Below are positions 20,073 to 31,132 of a stretch of 64,000 bases of DNA, in pieces. Each line of letters opens with the position of its first letter. Positions within the stretch are counted from its first letter, which is position 1. The DNA comes from an uncultured delta proteobacterium. Lineage in GTDB: Bacteria > Desulfobacterota > Desulfobaccia > Desulfobaccales > 0-14-0-80-60-11. The notes under the pieces are model-generated. The model was not told the DNA's origin. It ran no database searches and was given only the letters and a program-made list of their open reading frames with translations. The DNA lies in the NCBI GenBank assembly GCA_963766185.1, contig CAVXZU010000014.1:113128-177127 (forward strand), in the 5' to 3' direction. The position numbers were made by a program, and so were the translations under genes.

Positions 20073-21255
20073 ATGCGCCTGTCCATTGATCGGGAAACCT
20101 TGTTGAAGGGAGTGGGGCGGACCCTGGGAGTGGTGGACCGCCGGGGCACCATGCCCATCCTGGCTAATTTTCTCCTGCAAACCGATGAAAACCGGGTGGT
20201 CATTTCCGCCACCGACCTGGAGGTGAGCTTCCGGGGCTTCTACCCGGCGGAAGTGCAAGAACATGGGGCCCTCACGGTCCAGGCCCACTACTTTTTCAAC
20301 CTGATCAAGGAGCTGCCGGGAGAGACCCTGGAACTCAGGGCACGGAGGCTTCCAACCTGAAGATCCAGGTGGGGGATGCCCGGTACCAGCTCCATGGGCT
20401 ACCGGCGGACCAATTCCCCCCGGTGCCGGAGATCACCGACCAGGAACTGGTCCAGGTGGAGAGCGGCATGGTCAAAGAGATGATCGAAAAGACCATCTTT
20501 TCCGTCTCCGCCGACGATCTCCAGTACCATCTCTCCAGCATCTTTTGGGAGCGGGTGGGTATTCCCAAAGGCGGACCGGAGGTGGAGTACACGCCGGAGG
20601 AAGGGGTTGAGCCTGAACTGGATTACTGGCTCCGCCTGATCTCCACTGACGGCCACCGCCTCACCTTCATCGAGCGCCCCCTGCCCCTGTCGGGCCAGTT
20701 CGCCATGGCGAAAGGCATCCTCATCCCCCGGAAAGGCATGGCGGAAGTGATCCGCTTCCTGGCCGAGGAAGAAAAGGTCTCCCTGGGCCTGGGCAAACAG
20801 AGCCTGGCCCTGAAAGCGGACGACCGCTACCTCTTCATCCGGCTGCTTACGGACAAGAAATTCCCCGACTACCGCCGCATCATCCCCGAGAGCTTCGCCT
20901 ACCGGTTCGCCATCAACCGCCGCATCTTGTTCGACACCATCCGGCGGATTGCCCTGTTGTCCACCGAGCGCTTTAAAGGCGTGATCTTGAAGCTCATGCC
21001 GGACCACCTGGAAGTCACCTTCAACAACCCGGAGGTGGGTGAAGGCCGGGAAGTGGTGGGCCTGCTCATGGAACAGGGGGACGCCGGGGCGCTGCCCATG
21101 GAGATCGGCTTCAACGCCCGGTACTTCCTGGAGCCCTTGAACGCCATGCCAGCGACATGGTAATCCTCCAGGTCAACGAAAAGGACCGCCCCTGCTGCCT
21201 GGTGGACCAGGTTGACCCCCACTACCTCAGCATCATCATGCCCATGAGCCTGTAA
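20073..21255 (+). pseudogene. dnaN: DNA polymerase III beta sliding clamp, two frame breaks as sequenced
   Basis: MRLSIDRETLLKGVGRTLGVVDRRGTMPILANFLLQ... A 1-nt deletion near 20339 joins ...ETLELR(G)TEASNLKIQVGDARYQLHGLPADQFP. A second deletion near 21149 joins ...FNARYFLEPLNAM(P)SDMVILQVNEKDRPCCLVDQVDPHYLSIIMPMSL*, with the stop at 21253-21255. Confidence 0.9.
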
Positions 21256-21442
21256 AGACGGTTTTCAGTTTTCGGTTTCCGGTAAAGAAAGACCGATATC
21301 GGAAAAATTAGAGCCTGTAGGGTGCGTCCTACGCACCATAGCTTCACGATTATGGCGGGCACGGAGACCCACCCCACCAAACTTTTCATGCTTTATCGGT
21401 GGCGCTAAGACCCATAAAAAACTGCCCTGATAAGAGAGCCGC

Positions 21443-21946
21443 ATGGAAGATAACAAAGCCCTCAAGCGTTTCGGCGCCAAGGTCGGTTACACCGAGGCGG
21501 ACCTGGAGCAATTCCAGCCCGGAGACCCCCGGCTGCGGCAGATGGAGCGGCTGGGCCGGGCCGCGGCCCGCTATTCCCTCCAGGTCGAGGTGGTCCGGGC
21601 CCGGAACTGCAATTCCGGGTATCAGGCGGGCGATACCTTTATCCTGGACGTGGACGGCAATTTCATCACCAAGTTCTGTCCGCCCAGACTCTGTGTTTAC
21701 GCCATATCCCAGTTGGCGGTGCCGGTGGCCCTGATCAACGAGCGCCTGAGCGAAGGCCTGGACCCCAACCAGTTTCATTTCATGCACCAGGTGCGCTGCC
21801 TGGACGTGGGGGTCGAATGCTCCGGCTACGGCGAAGTGCGGTTCGAGGTCAAGGTCGTGCCCCGGGTTAAGGAGTCCAAAGCCGCGCCCTTGAGAAACGC
21901 AGGCGGGCACCGCCCACCCGCTATCCTGCCAAACGGAGACTACCTC
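21443..21946 (+). CDS. TIGR04076-like small Cys-rich protein (as sequenced, no stop before the next gene)
   Basis: NCNSGYQAGDTFILDVDGNFITKFCPPRLCVYAISQLAVPVALI...VRCLDVGVECSGYGEVRFEVKVV resembles the TIGR04076 pattern as remembered. It continues in frame into the MARIAILTC start of the CGGC gene. Confidence 0.45.
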
Positions 21947-22403
21947 ATGGCCCGTATCGCGATTCTCACCTGTTCCAACTGCACCCAGGACAGTAACTGC
22001 GCCTCCGTGGTCTGTCTGGGCGGATATGCGCAAACGCCGGGGGTTTTTCGAGCCGTACCCTCAGGATGAACCGCTGGATTTAATCGGCATCATTAATTGC
22101 GCCGGCTGCCCCACGCTGGCGGCGCCGGAAAAGATTCTCAAACGAGTCCGGGCGGTGGCCGAATTCCGCCTGGATGCCCTGCATCTGTCCTTCTGTATGG
22201 TGACCCTCTGTCCTTTTCTCAAGGCCTATACGGCATTGATAAAACGTGAGTTTCCTGATATAAATATCGTGATGGGGACCCATCGACCGGCGGAGCGGGA
22301 CCACTTCAAACGGGGGGTCAAGGAATTGCTCTGCCAGAGCCTGGCGGCGCCCCAGACCATGAATGATTTGATCCGGGGAACCTTAAAGATTCCCCCAGAA
22401 TGA
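21947..22403 (+). pseudogene. CGGC-domain protein, one frame break as sequenced
   Basis: ATG 21947 preceded by GGAG. MARIAILTCSNCTQDSNCASVVCLG/DMRKRRGFFEPYPQDEPLDLIGIINCAGCPT once an extra g (~22020-22023) is removed. The CGGC-type motif appears here as CAGC. Confidence 0.6.
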
Positions 22404-22428
22404 TTAAATTTTTTAGAGGAGTAACCCT

Positions 22429-24885
<2,457 letters not shown>

Positions 24886-24948
24886 GGCAACCAGGAGCGA
24901 GACCTCTGCTTGCATCCATAACCCCTCAATGCTAAAGGAGGCAACACC

Positions 24949-25353
24949 ATGCAGCGCAAGGCCAGCTTTAAGATTTTCGTCACTCGCCGGGAAATGCTTG
25001 CGGTGGGCGATGTTCCGGACCACGGCCTGATGCTCACCGAGATGGAAGGTGAGCCCGTCAATTACACCCCCGGGGTGGCCGGAGAATTTGTCTCCCGCCG
25101 CAGCGTTGGCTTCCACGATCGCGTCAAAGGCGACGGGCCGATGACGGGTTATGCCACCACCATCTACCAGAACGGCGCGGTTTACTCCCGCTTCCAGGGG
25201 GAAAAGAAGGGCGCCACGACCACGGGTAAATGGGAAGTTTACAAAGGTATCGGCAAGTTGGGCTCCCTCAAGGGGTCCGGCACCTTTGTCGTCAAGCCTT
25301 CTGACAAGCACGGCGAATTTGTCCTGGAGATGGAAGGGACCTACGAAATCTAG
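24949..25353 (+). CDS. hypothetical protein (134 aa, beta-rich, no signal peptide)
   Basis: ORF with RBS AAAGGAGG 7 nt upstream of the ATG. No recognisable motif. Confidence 0.6.
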   Translation: MQRKASFKIFVTRREMLAVGDVPDHGLMLTEMEGEPVNYTPGVAGEFVSRRSVGFHDRVKGDGPMTGYATTIYQNGAVYSRFQGEKKGATTTGKWEVYKGIGKLGSLKGSGTFVVKPSDKHGEFVLEMEGTYEI

Positions 25354-25556
25354 GGAATAATCCCTCATCCTTGCAGCCGGTCCCGCCAATCCGCCCTCCC
25401 CCCAGGGAGGCTCCGGGTGGGAGGGGCGTTAGGGGCGGTGAGCGCACCGCCCCTACCACTTTGGCGGCCGCCGGTCGGCAAAAGGGAAAAACTCCGGGGG
25501 AGGCGCCTTAACTCCTGGCGGAGTCGGCACTCTAAAAGTTAAGGAGATCACGCCGA

Positions 25557-25922
25557 ATGTCGGATAAGACTTGCGCCAAATGCGGCGACGCCTATGATCC
25601 CGCCGAGGCCCGGGAATACCAGGGCCAGATGCTCTGCGAAGACTGTTACCTGGATGCCATGAGCCCCACCAAGGTCTGCGACCCCTGGGCGGTGCACACG
25701 GCCAAAAGCCTCAAGGACCTGCCGGGAGGGCATGCTTTGAGCCCGCTCCAGCAAAAGCTCTATGACTTGGTGAAGGGAAAAGGTGAGGTGCCCATGCTCG
25801 AGGCCGCCGCCCACCTGGGCCTGAACGAAGACGACCTGCGCCGGGAGTTCGCGCCGCTGCGCCACATGGAAAAGCTCCGGGCTTGCAAGAAGGACGACCT
25901 CATCCTCCTTACTCTGTTTTGA
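25557..25922 (+). CDS. hypothetical zinc-ribbon protein with possible winged-helix C-terminus
   Basis: CAKCG...CEDC four-Cys N-terminus. RBS AAGGAG upstream. Its stop overlaps the sigma-factor start (TTGA). Confidence 0.6.
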   Translation: MSDKTCAKCGDAYDPAEAREYQGQMLCEDCYLDAMSPTKVCDPWAVHTAKSLKDLPGGHALSPLQQKLYDLVKGKGEVPMLEAAAHLGLNEDDLRREFAPLRHMEKLRACKKDDLILLTLF

Positions 25923-26473
25923 CCTCCGAGCCCACCGACCTGGATTATGCTGTGCTCCGAAGGGTGGCCCGGGGGGACCAGGCCGCCCTGGCGGAGCTTA
26001 TCCGGCGCCACCAGGGCCGTCTCTACCAGGTGGCCTATCGCTTGCTGAAAGACCCCCTGGAGGCCGAAGACGCCTTGCAGGAGGTCTTTCTCAAGGTCTA
26101 TGAGCATGCCCACCGCTTCGAGCCCCAGGCGACGGTGAGCGCCTGGCTCCACCGCATCACCGCCAACCACTGCCTGAACCTCCTGCGCCGGCGGCACCCC
26201 CACGAATCCCTGGACCAGGAAGGCGCTCCCAGCCCGGCCGATACCGGGGCCACGCCCCTTGAGGCCCTGGAGGAGCAAGACCTGAGCCGCCGGCTGGAGC
26301 AGCTCCTGGACGCCCTCCCGGAAAACCAGCGCCGGGCCCTGGTCCTGAAGCGCTTCGCCGGGCTCTCTTACCAGGAAATCGGCGACGAAATGGGCCTTTC
26401 CCCCCAGGCGGTGGACGGCCTGCTGAAGCGGGCCCGGCAGTTCTTGAAAAAGGCCCTGCAGGACTATTTATGA
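25919..26473 (+). CDS. ECF-type RNA polymerase sigma factor (sigma-70 family, regions 2 and 4)
   Basis: Region 2: LYQVAYRLLKDPLEAEDALQEVFLKVYEHAHRF...SAWLHRITANHCLNLLRRR. Region 4: LPENQRRALVLKRFAGLSYQEIGDEMGLSPQAVDGLLKRAR. The ORF opens at 25883; TTG 25919 is preferred as the start because of coupling to the upstream gene. Confidence 0.9.
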   Translation: MTSEPTDLDYAVLRRVARGDQAALAELIRRHQGRLYQVAYRLLKDPLEAEDALQEVFLKVYEHAHRFEPQATVSAWLHRITANHCLNLLRRRHPHESLDQEGAPSPADTGATPLEALEEQDLSRRLEQLLDALPENQRRALVLKRFAGLSYQEIGDEMGLSPQAVDGLLKRARQFLKKALQDYL

Positions 26474-26564
26474 GGCGGCGGGGTCTGTGGCGTTTTTCAA
26501 AAATTTGGCCTCTGCCCCCAAGGCCCCGGTCAGGGGCAGCCGGGAAACCAGGGGACCCGGGAAG

Positions 26565-26594
26565 CAGAAAAAATCCCCCTGAATTCAGGGGGAT
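26565..26594 (-). terminator. rho-independent terminator of the ferritin-like gene
   Basis: Perfect palindrome atccccctgaattcagggggat (26573-26594), followed on the minus strand by a T6-7 run. Confidence 0.75.
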
Positions 26595-26624
26595 GGCGTG
26601 GGTTAATGACTGGCGGCCACCGGT

Positions 26625-26909
26625 TTACTTGCCGGTGAGTTCCTTGATCTCCTTATGGGCGTGTTCCATTTCCTTGACCTGTTCGGCGTCGAAGCGCAGC
26701 AGCATGGTCTGGAATTCCCCCACGTGGGTTTTTTCTTCCCGGGCGATATCCAGGAGGACGGCCCGAATGTCCTTATCATCGGTGAGAGCCGCCATCTGCT
26801 CGTAAAAGTTGATGGCATCCAACTCGGCGATGATGGCCGCCCGGAGAATTTCCTGGTTGAGGTGCGACTTGGCGACTTTGGTAAAATCCGCCGGCAGTTG
26901 TGATAGCAT
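26625..26909 (-). CDS. small ferritin-like protein of the EncFtn / rubrerythrin-like type
   Basis: Start MLSQLPADF, preceded by RBS GGGAGGAA. The ORF track extends to 27059 without support. Metal-binding helix pair IIAELDAINFYEQMA...LLDIAREEKTHVGEF (ExxH) resembles encapsulated ferritins. Confidence 0.6.
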   Translation of the reverse strand: MLSQLPADFTKVAKSHLNQEILRAAIIAELDAINFYEQMAALTDDKDIRAVLLDIAREEKTHVGEFQTMLLRFDAEQVKEMEHAHKEIKELTGK

Positions 26910-27160
26910 GGTTCCTCCCTTGACCCCGCTAGAGGCAGTTGACGATGGTGCGTTTGGTTGAAAAATAATCATGGCCGACAGCCGCGTCAAGGCAGAAAGA
27001 AATTGGGGGGCCCGGACCGGTCTGCGACCCCGGGGCTCCCGGGGTGCAAAGCTCGTCATCGCCCTGCTCGTCCGGGCTCAGGGTCTTCCGGCTCGCCCAC
27101 CAGAGAAAAAGGGAAATAATTGTGCTTGGCGCGCCGGATATCCTCACGTATGGTGTTTAA

Positions 27161-27637
27161 ATGAGTAAAGAACAAAATTCTTCGGGACCACAAACCGCCA
27201 TGGAATGCAAAGCAGCAAAAGACCAATTATCCGCCTGGCTGGACCAGGAGCTGGATGCTGACGCCGAGGCCGTTCTGACCGCGCACCTGGAAGGCTGCGA
27301 GGCCTGCCGGCGCGAATGGCGGCAGCTGAGGGCCCTGGACGCCGCGCTCGGCAACCTGGCGGCGCCGGTGCCCATGGGGCTGGCTTCGAAGGTGGCGGAT
27401 CGGGTCAGGCGGCCCCGCCGGCGGCAAGGGTGGCAGTCCGCGGCCCTGGCCGCCTGCCTGGTCCTGGGCATCGCCCTGGGCGGCACGGTGGCCCGGAGTT
27501 TTTATAGCACCACGGCCCCCAGCGAGGCCGGGGCGGAAGTGGCCAGCCTGGAGGTCTTCCATGACTTCCCCCAGGGGTCCCTGGGCGCGGTGGTGGCCTC
27601 TTACCAGCCCGAAGAAGGGAATGGTAACCAACCGTGA
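27161..27637 (+). CDS. anti-sigma factor (zf-HC2 type, single TM)
   Basis: HLEGCEACRREW (Hx3Cx2C) at the N-terminus. TM helix SAALAACLVLGIALGG. Confidence 0.8.
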   Translation: MSKEQNSSGPQTAMECKAAKDQLSAWLDQELDADAEAVLTAHLEGCEACRREWRQLRALDAALGNLAAPVPMGLASKVADRVRRPRRRQGWQSAALAACLVLGIALGGTVARSFYSTTAPSEAGAEVASLEVFHDFPQGSLGAVVASYQPEEGNGNQP

Positions 27638-28161
27638 AGCGAGATTGGCTCCTCTACCTGGTAATATTTTCCCTGGCGCTGAACCTGGGGACCATCGGCA
27701 CCATCGCCTACCTGCGCTACCAGGACCACCAACAGGCGGCCGTCGGTCCCCCGCCACCGCCTGTGGTCCCGAAATCGTTGTGGCGGGAACTCAAGCTGGA
27801 CGACTCCCAGCGCCAGACCCTGCGCCGCCTGTTCCCGGAGCACCATAAGAAGGTAAAGGCCATCAGGCGGGAATTGAGCCAAAAGCGCCAGGAGCTTTTT
27901 GAGCTGATCAAGACGGATGCGACCCCCTGGAGCGCCATTCAGGCCAAGGTCCAGGAGATCAGCGTCCTGCAAGGAAGCCTGGAAGAAGAGATGGCGCGGT
28001 TTATGCTGGAGTTCAAGAAGAACCTGAATCCCGAACAACACGCCGCTTTTTTGACGCTTTTGCAAACCCGCCTGGGCTGTGGCCCGGAAGGGGCCTGTGG
28101 CCCCGGCGGGCGCCGGCGGCCCGGTATGGGCCCCGGTATGGGGCGCCGGGAAAGGCCTTAG
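27634..28161 (+). CDS. periplasmic Spy/CpxP/ZraP-family (LTxxQ) protein
   Basis: 4-nt overlap (GTGA) with the anti-sigma gene. N-terminal anchor/signal WLLYLVIFSLALNLGTIG. LKLDDSQRQTLRRLF and LNPEQHAAFLTLL motifs in helical repeats. Confidence 0.7.
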   Translation: MKRDWLLYLVIFSLALNLGTIGTIAYLRYQDHQQAAVGPPPPPVVPKSLWRELKLDDSQRQTLRRLFPEHHKKVKAIRRELSQKRQELFELIKTDATPWSAIQAKVQEISVLQGSLEEEMARFMLEFKKNLNPEQHAAFLTLLQTRLGCGPEGACGPGGRRRPGMGPGMGRRERP

Positions 28162-28230
28162 GTTCATCCCGGTAACTAATCAGCGGATAAAAAAGCGGAA
28201 TCTATAGAGCAAGCAAAAAGGAGAATTACC

Positions 28231-28539
28231 ATGAAAAGTCATAGATGGCTGACGATCAGCGTAGCACTCGCCCTGGCGGTGGTCATGATCTGGGCGGTGC
28301 CGACCCTGGCCCAAGGGCAAGGGCGCGGCAAAGGACGGGGCCAGGGCCAGGGCTGGGGCTGCGGCCAGGGCCAGGGCGCCGGAAATAACACGTGTCCCGT
28401 CTACCAGGGCGGCCAGGCCGGTCAAGGCGGCCAGGGCGCCTGGTGCCCCAACCCCCAGGGCAACGCCGGGGGCCGGGGTTCCCGGGGCGGCGGTCGCGCC
28501 TATCAACCCAAAACCCAGGTACCGCCTGCAACCCAATAA
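28231..28539 (+). CDS. small secreted Gly/Gln-rich, Cys-containing protein
   Basis: RBS AAAGGAGA. Signal peptide MKSHRWLTISVALALAVVMIWAVPTLA/QG. The mature part is GQGRGKGRGQGQGWGCGQGQGAGNNTCPVYQGGQAGQGGQGAWCPNPQG.... Followed by a strong terminator. Confidence 0.65.
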   Translation: MKSHRWLTISVALALAVVMIWAVPTLAQGQGRGKGRGQGQGWGCGQGQGAGNNTCPVYQGGQAGQGGQGAWCPNPQGNAGGRGSRGGGRAYQPKTQVPPATQ

Positions 28540-28567
28540 CTTCAAACGCAAAGCCTAACCTTATACC

Positions 28568-28608
28568 CCGCCCCCTCTTCCATCCCCCTGGGAGGGGGCG
28601 GTTTTTTT
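28568..28608 (+). terminator. rho-independent terminator
   Basis: 10-bp GC stem ccgccccctc / gagggggcgg followed by T7. Confidence 0.85.
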
Positions 28609-29038
28609 GCCGGAGATTTACCCCGGCCGGAACGCAGGCTGGATAATTCGCCAGACAGCAAAGAACTTGGTGGCACAGGCTTTCCAGCCTGTGCAAAAAA
28701 CACTCTGCTTTTCAGGGTTATTTAATTTACTGTTATATTTTAGTAGGTTATGCAATATTTCGAAAAGTTCATGAATAAAGCAGGCTAGGCCTGAGCCCCG
28801 GGAGGACACGGCTCCCCGGAATGACCAGGGATGGCCCCGGAGTCGCCCGGCCCCCTTTATGCAAAGCCATCCGGGACCCCTCGACCTGGTGCGGGCCGCG
28901 ACAGATGGAAGCTCTCTCGGTCCGGGCAAGCCGGAAAAGGGCGGGCGCCTCTGCCCGGCCGCGTTCTGTTCCTGCCAGCCCGGTTGACCTGTTTCCCGGC
29001 AGTGCTTACCTATATGTTTATCAGACAAGGAGGCAACC

Positions 29039-29905
29039 ATGAAGAAAAGACCCTTGATTGCGACGGTTGCGGCACTTTTCCTGGCAACCATGCTGTGGGG
29101 GGCGGTGGGCCAGGCCCAAACCGTCCAACAGCCTAAAGCCGCGCCACCTCAGGCGGAAAAGGCGGCGGTGCCGGCCCCCCAGGCGGAAAAGGCGCCGACG
29201 CCGGCCCCCGAGCCCCTCCAGGTGCTGCACAAGATGTGTGATTTCCTCAAAGCCCAGCAGCAGTTCACCTACAAGGCCGAGGTCGTCGACGACCAGGTCT
29301 ACCAGGGCGGCAAAAAACTGCAATATGGCATCGATATGGAGACCTTTGTCCGGCGGCCTGACCACCTCCGGGTCAACGCCGAGGGCGACCTGGTGGACAA
29401 GCAGTTCTACTTCGACGGCAAGACCATCACCCTGTACGATAAAGACCACAACGTCTATGGCGTCCTCCCGGTGCCCCCGGATATCGAAAGCGCCCTCTCG
29501 AAGGCGAACCGAGAGTTTGGGGTCCGGGTGGCATTGACCGACCTGGCCAGCCCTAACCTTTGGGAAGTCATGAACAAACGCGTCAAAAACGCAATCTATG
29601 TCGGTTTGCACAAGGTCCGGGGAGTTCCCTGCCATCATCTGGCCTTTGACGGGAAGATGGCCCATGTGCAGATCTGGATCGAAGCCGGGGATAAACCGTT
29701 ACCCCGCAAGGTCGTGATGGTTGCCAAGAAGGCGCCCGGTTCCCCCGAATGGATGGCTTATCTTTACGACTGGAATCTCGCCCCCCAGTTGCAGGACAAC
29801 CTGTTTGTCTTTACCCCCCCGGAGGGGGCGCAAAAGATCAAGTTTATCCCGGTCAAAACCGGCCCAGGCCACAAGCCCAAGCCGGGGAAGAAAGGAGGTA
29901 AGTGA
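29039..29905 (+). CDS. periplasmic DUF2092 (LolA-like) protein
   Basis: RBS AAGGAGG. Signal peptide, Pro/Ala-rich linker with duplicated PQAEKA, then FTYKAEVVDDQVYQGGKKLQYG...HLRVNAEGDLVDKQFYFDGKTITLYD, typical of DUF2092 as remembered. Confidence 0.65.
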   Translation: MKKRPLIATVAALFLATMLWGAVGQAQTVQQPKAAPPQAEKAAVPAPQAEKAPTPAPEPLQVLHKMCDFLKAQQQFTYKAEVVDDQVYQGGKKLQYGIDMETFVRRPDHLRVNAEGDLVDKQFYFDGKTITLYDKDHNVYGVLPVPPDIESALSKANREFGVRVALTDLASPNLWEVMNKRVKNAIYVGLHKVRGVPCHHLAFDGKMAHVQIWIEAGDKPLPRKVVMVAKKAPGSPEWMAYLYDWNLAPQLQDNLFVFTPPEGAQKIKFIPVKTGPGHKPKPGKKGGK

Positions 29906-30393
29906 TGAAACTGCTAAAACTGAGGTCTCCTTTTTGGAGCTTTTTCGCAGTGATGCTCGCGATTAGTCTGACCGGTCTTTGTCTCGAGGCCCAGGCCCGG
30001 GGCGGCTTTAGCGGGGGCAGCTTCCGCGGGGGCGGCGGCTATGCCAGAGGACCCCGGGGCGGTGGCGTGGCGGTCGGTCCCCGGGGCGGCGCCGTAGCTG
30101 AAGGTCCCCGGGGCGGCGTGGCTGCCAGGGGCCCCTACGGCGGGGCCGCGGCGGTCGGGCCCAGAGGGGGGACTTATCACCGCGCTCCCTACTATGGTCC
30201 CGGCTATCGCCCCGGCTATGGAGCCGTAGCCGCCGGCGTTGCGGTGGGCGCGGTGGTGGCGACTTTGCCGGCCAGGGCCGCAGCCCTGTCCGTGGCGGGC
30301 CAGACCTACTATTATGACGGCAGTAACTATTACCAGCCCTGCTATCAGGGCACGGACGTGAGTTACTGCGTGGTTGCTGATCCCAACCAGTAG
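29905..30393 (+). CDS. secreted Gly-rich repeat protein with Tyr-rich C-terminal domain
   Basis: The ATG overlaps the upstream stop (TGATG); RBS AAAGGAGG. Signal peptide, five GPRGG(A/V)xA-type decapeptide repeats, then C-terminal QTYYYDGSNYYQPCYQGTDVSYCVV. Confidence 0.7.
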   Translation: MKLLKLRSPFWSFFAVMLAISLTGLCLEAQARGGFSGGSFRGGGGYARGPRGGGVAVGPRGGAVAEGPRGGVAARGPYGGAAAVGPRGGTYHRAPYYGPGYRPGYGAVAAGVAVGAVVATLPARAAALSVAGQTYYYDGSNYYQPCYQGTDVSYCVVADPNQ

Positions 30394-30598
30394 GGCTGGA
30401 GCAGCGGGATTTATGCGGACATTGGCCACAAGCCATTATCACGCGAACGGGCACTCCCACCAGGGACGCCCAGCCTTATGGTGCGGCGGCAACGACCGCG
30501 CCGCGCCTCGGCTCAAAGACCAAAGGGATAGGGGCCAAAAGCACGCAAGCTTATCTCGGCCCCTGACACCAGAAAACTCTCTGGAGGGAGAAGGGAAA

Positions 30599-31123
30599 AT
30601 GTTCAAAGAAGAACGGGAAGAAACCCAATTCGAATGGAGCATGTTGGGCGATATCGAAAACGGCCGCCCCAATCTCGGCCCCATGGTCCACGTGGCCGTG
30701 TATCGTCTGATGCAGTTTACCCTGCGGGACATTCTCATCCGGGATTTTGGGGTCGAGGAGGCCAACAGGATTGTTTTCGAGGCCGGGAAGAAAGCCGGGG
30801 AAGAGTACTGCAAAAACGTCCTTGCCGAGAAGAAGGACATGGATGGCCTGTTTGCCGAGCTCCAGCGCACCATGAAGGAACTCGGCATCGGGATTTTCCG
30901 GGTCGAATCGGCCGATTACGACAAGGGCTCTTTTGTGGTAACCGTAGCAGAAGACCTGGATTGCTCGGGGATTCCCGTATGCTCCGAGGAGATCTGCACG
31001 TATGATGAGGGATTTATTGCCGGCCTCCTGCTGGCCTACTCGGGAAAGGACTTTCACGTCAAGGAAGTCGACTGCTGGGGCACCGGGGGGAGGGTCTGCC
31101 GTTTCACGGTTGACCCCAAATAA
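30599..31123 (+). CDS. V4R (4-vinyl reductase) domain protein
   Basis: Start MFKEEREE after GGAGGGAGAAGGG. The ORF track start at 30374 is unsupported. ...VTVAEDLDCSGIPVCSEEICTYDEGFIAGLLLAYSGKDFHVKEVDCWGTGGRVCRFTV matches the V4R C-terminal Cys pattern. Confidence 0.65.
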   Translation: MFKEEREETQFEWSMLGDIENGRPNLGPMVHVAVYRLMQFTLRDILIRDFGVEEANRIVFEAGKKAGEEYCKNVLAEKKDMDGLFAELQRTMKELGIGIFRVESADYDKGSFVVTVAEDLDCSGIPVCSEEICTYDEGFIAGLLLAYSGKDFHVKEVDCWGTGGRVCRFTVDPK

Positions 31124-31132
31124 GGTTCTCAG

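Noticed and set aside
26929-27059. N-terminal extension of the ferritin-like ORF (track start at 27059, MTSFAPREPRGRR...).
   Set aside because: The extension is Arg/Pro-rich and unlike the family. A strong RBS (GGGAGGAA) precedes the internal ATG at 26909.
28671-28685. TGGCACAGGCTTTCC looks like a sigma-54 promoter (perfect -24 element).
   Set aside because: The -12 element is TTCC. The motif is one arm of a 9-bp hairpin (gcacaggct/agcctgtgc) of a common intergenic repeat type, and it lies ~355 nt upstream of the next gene.
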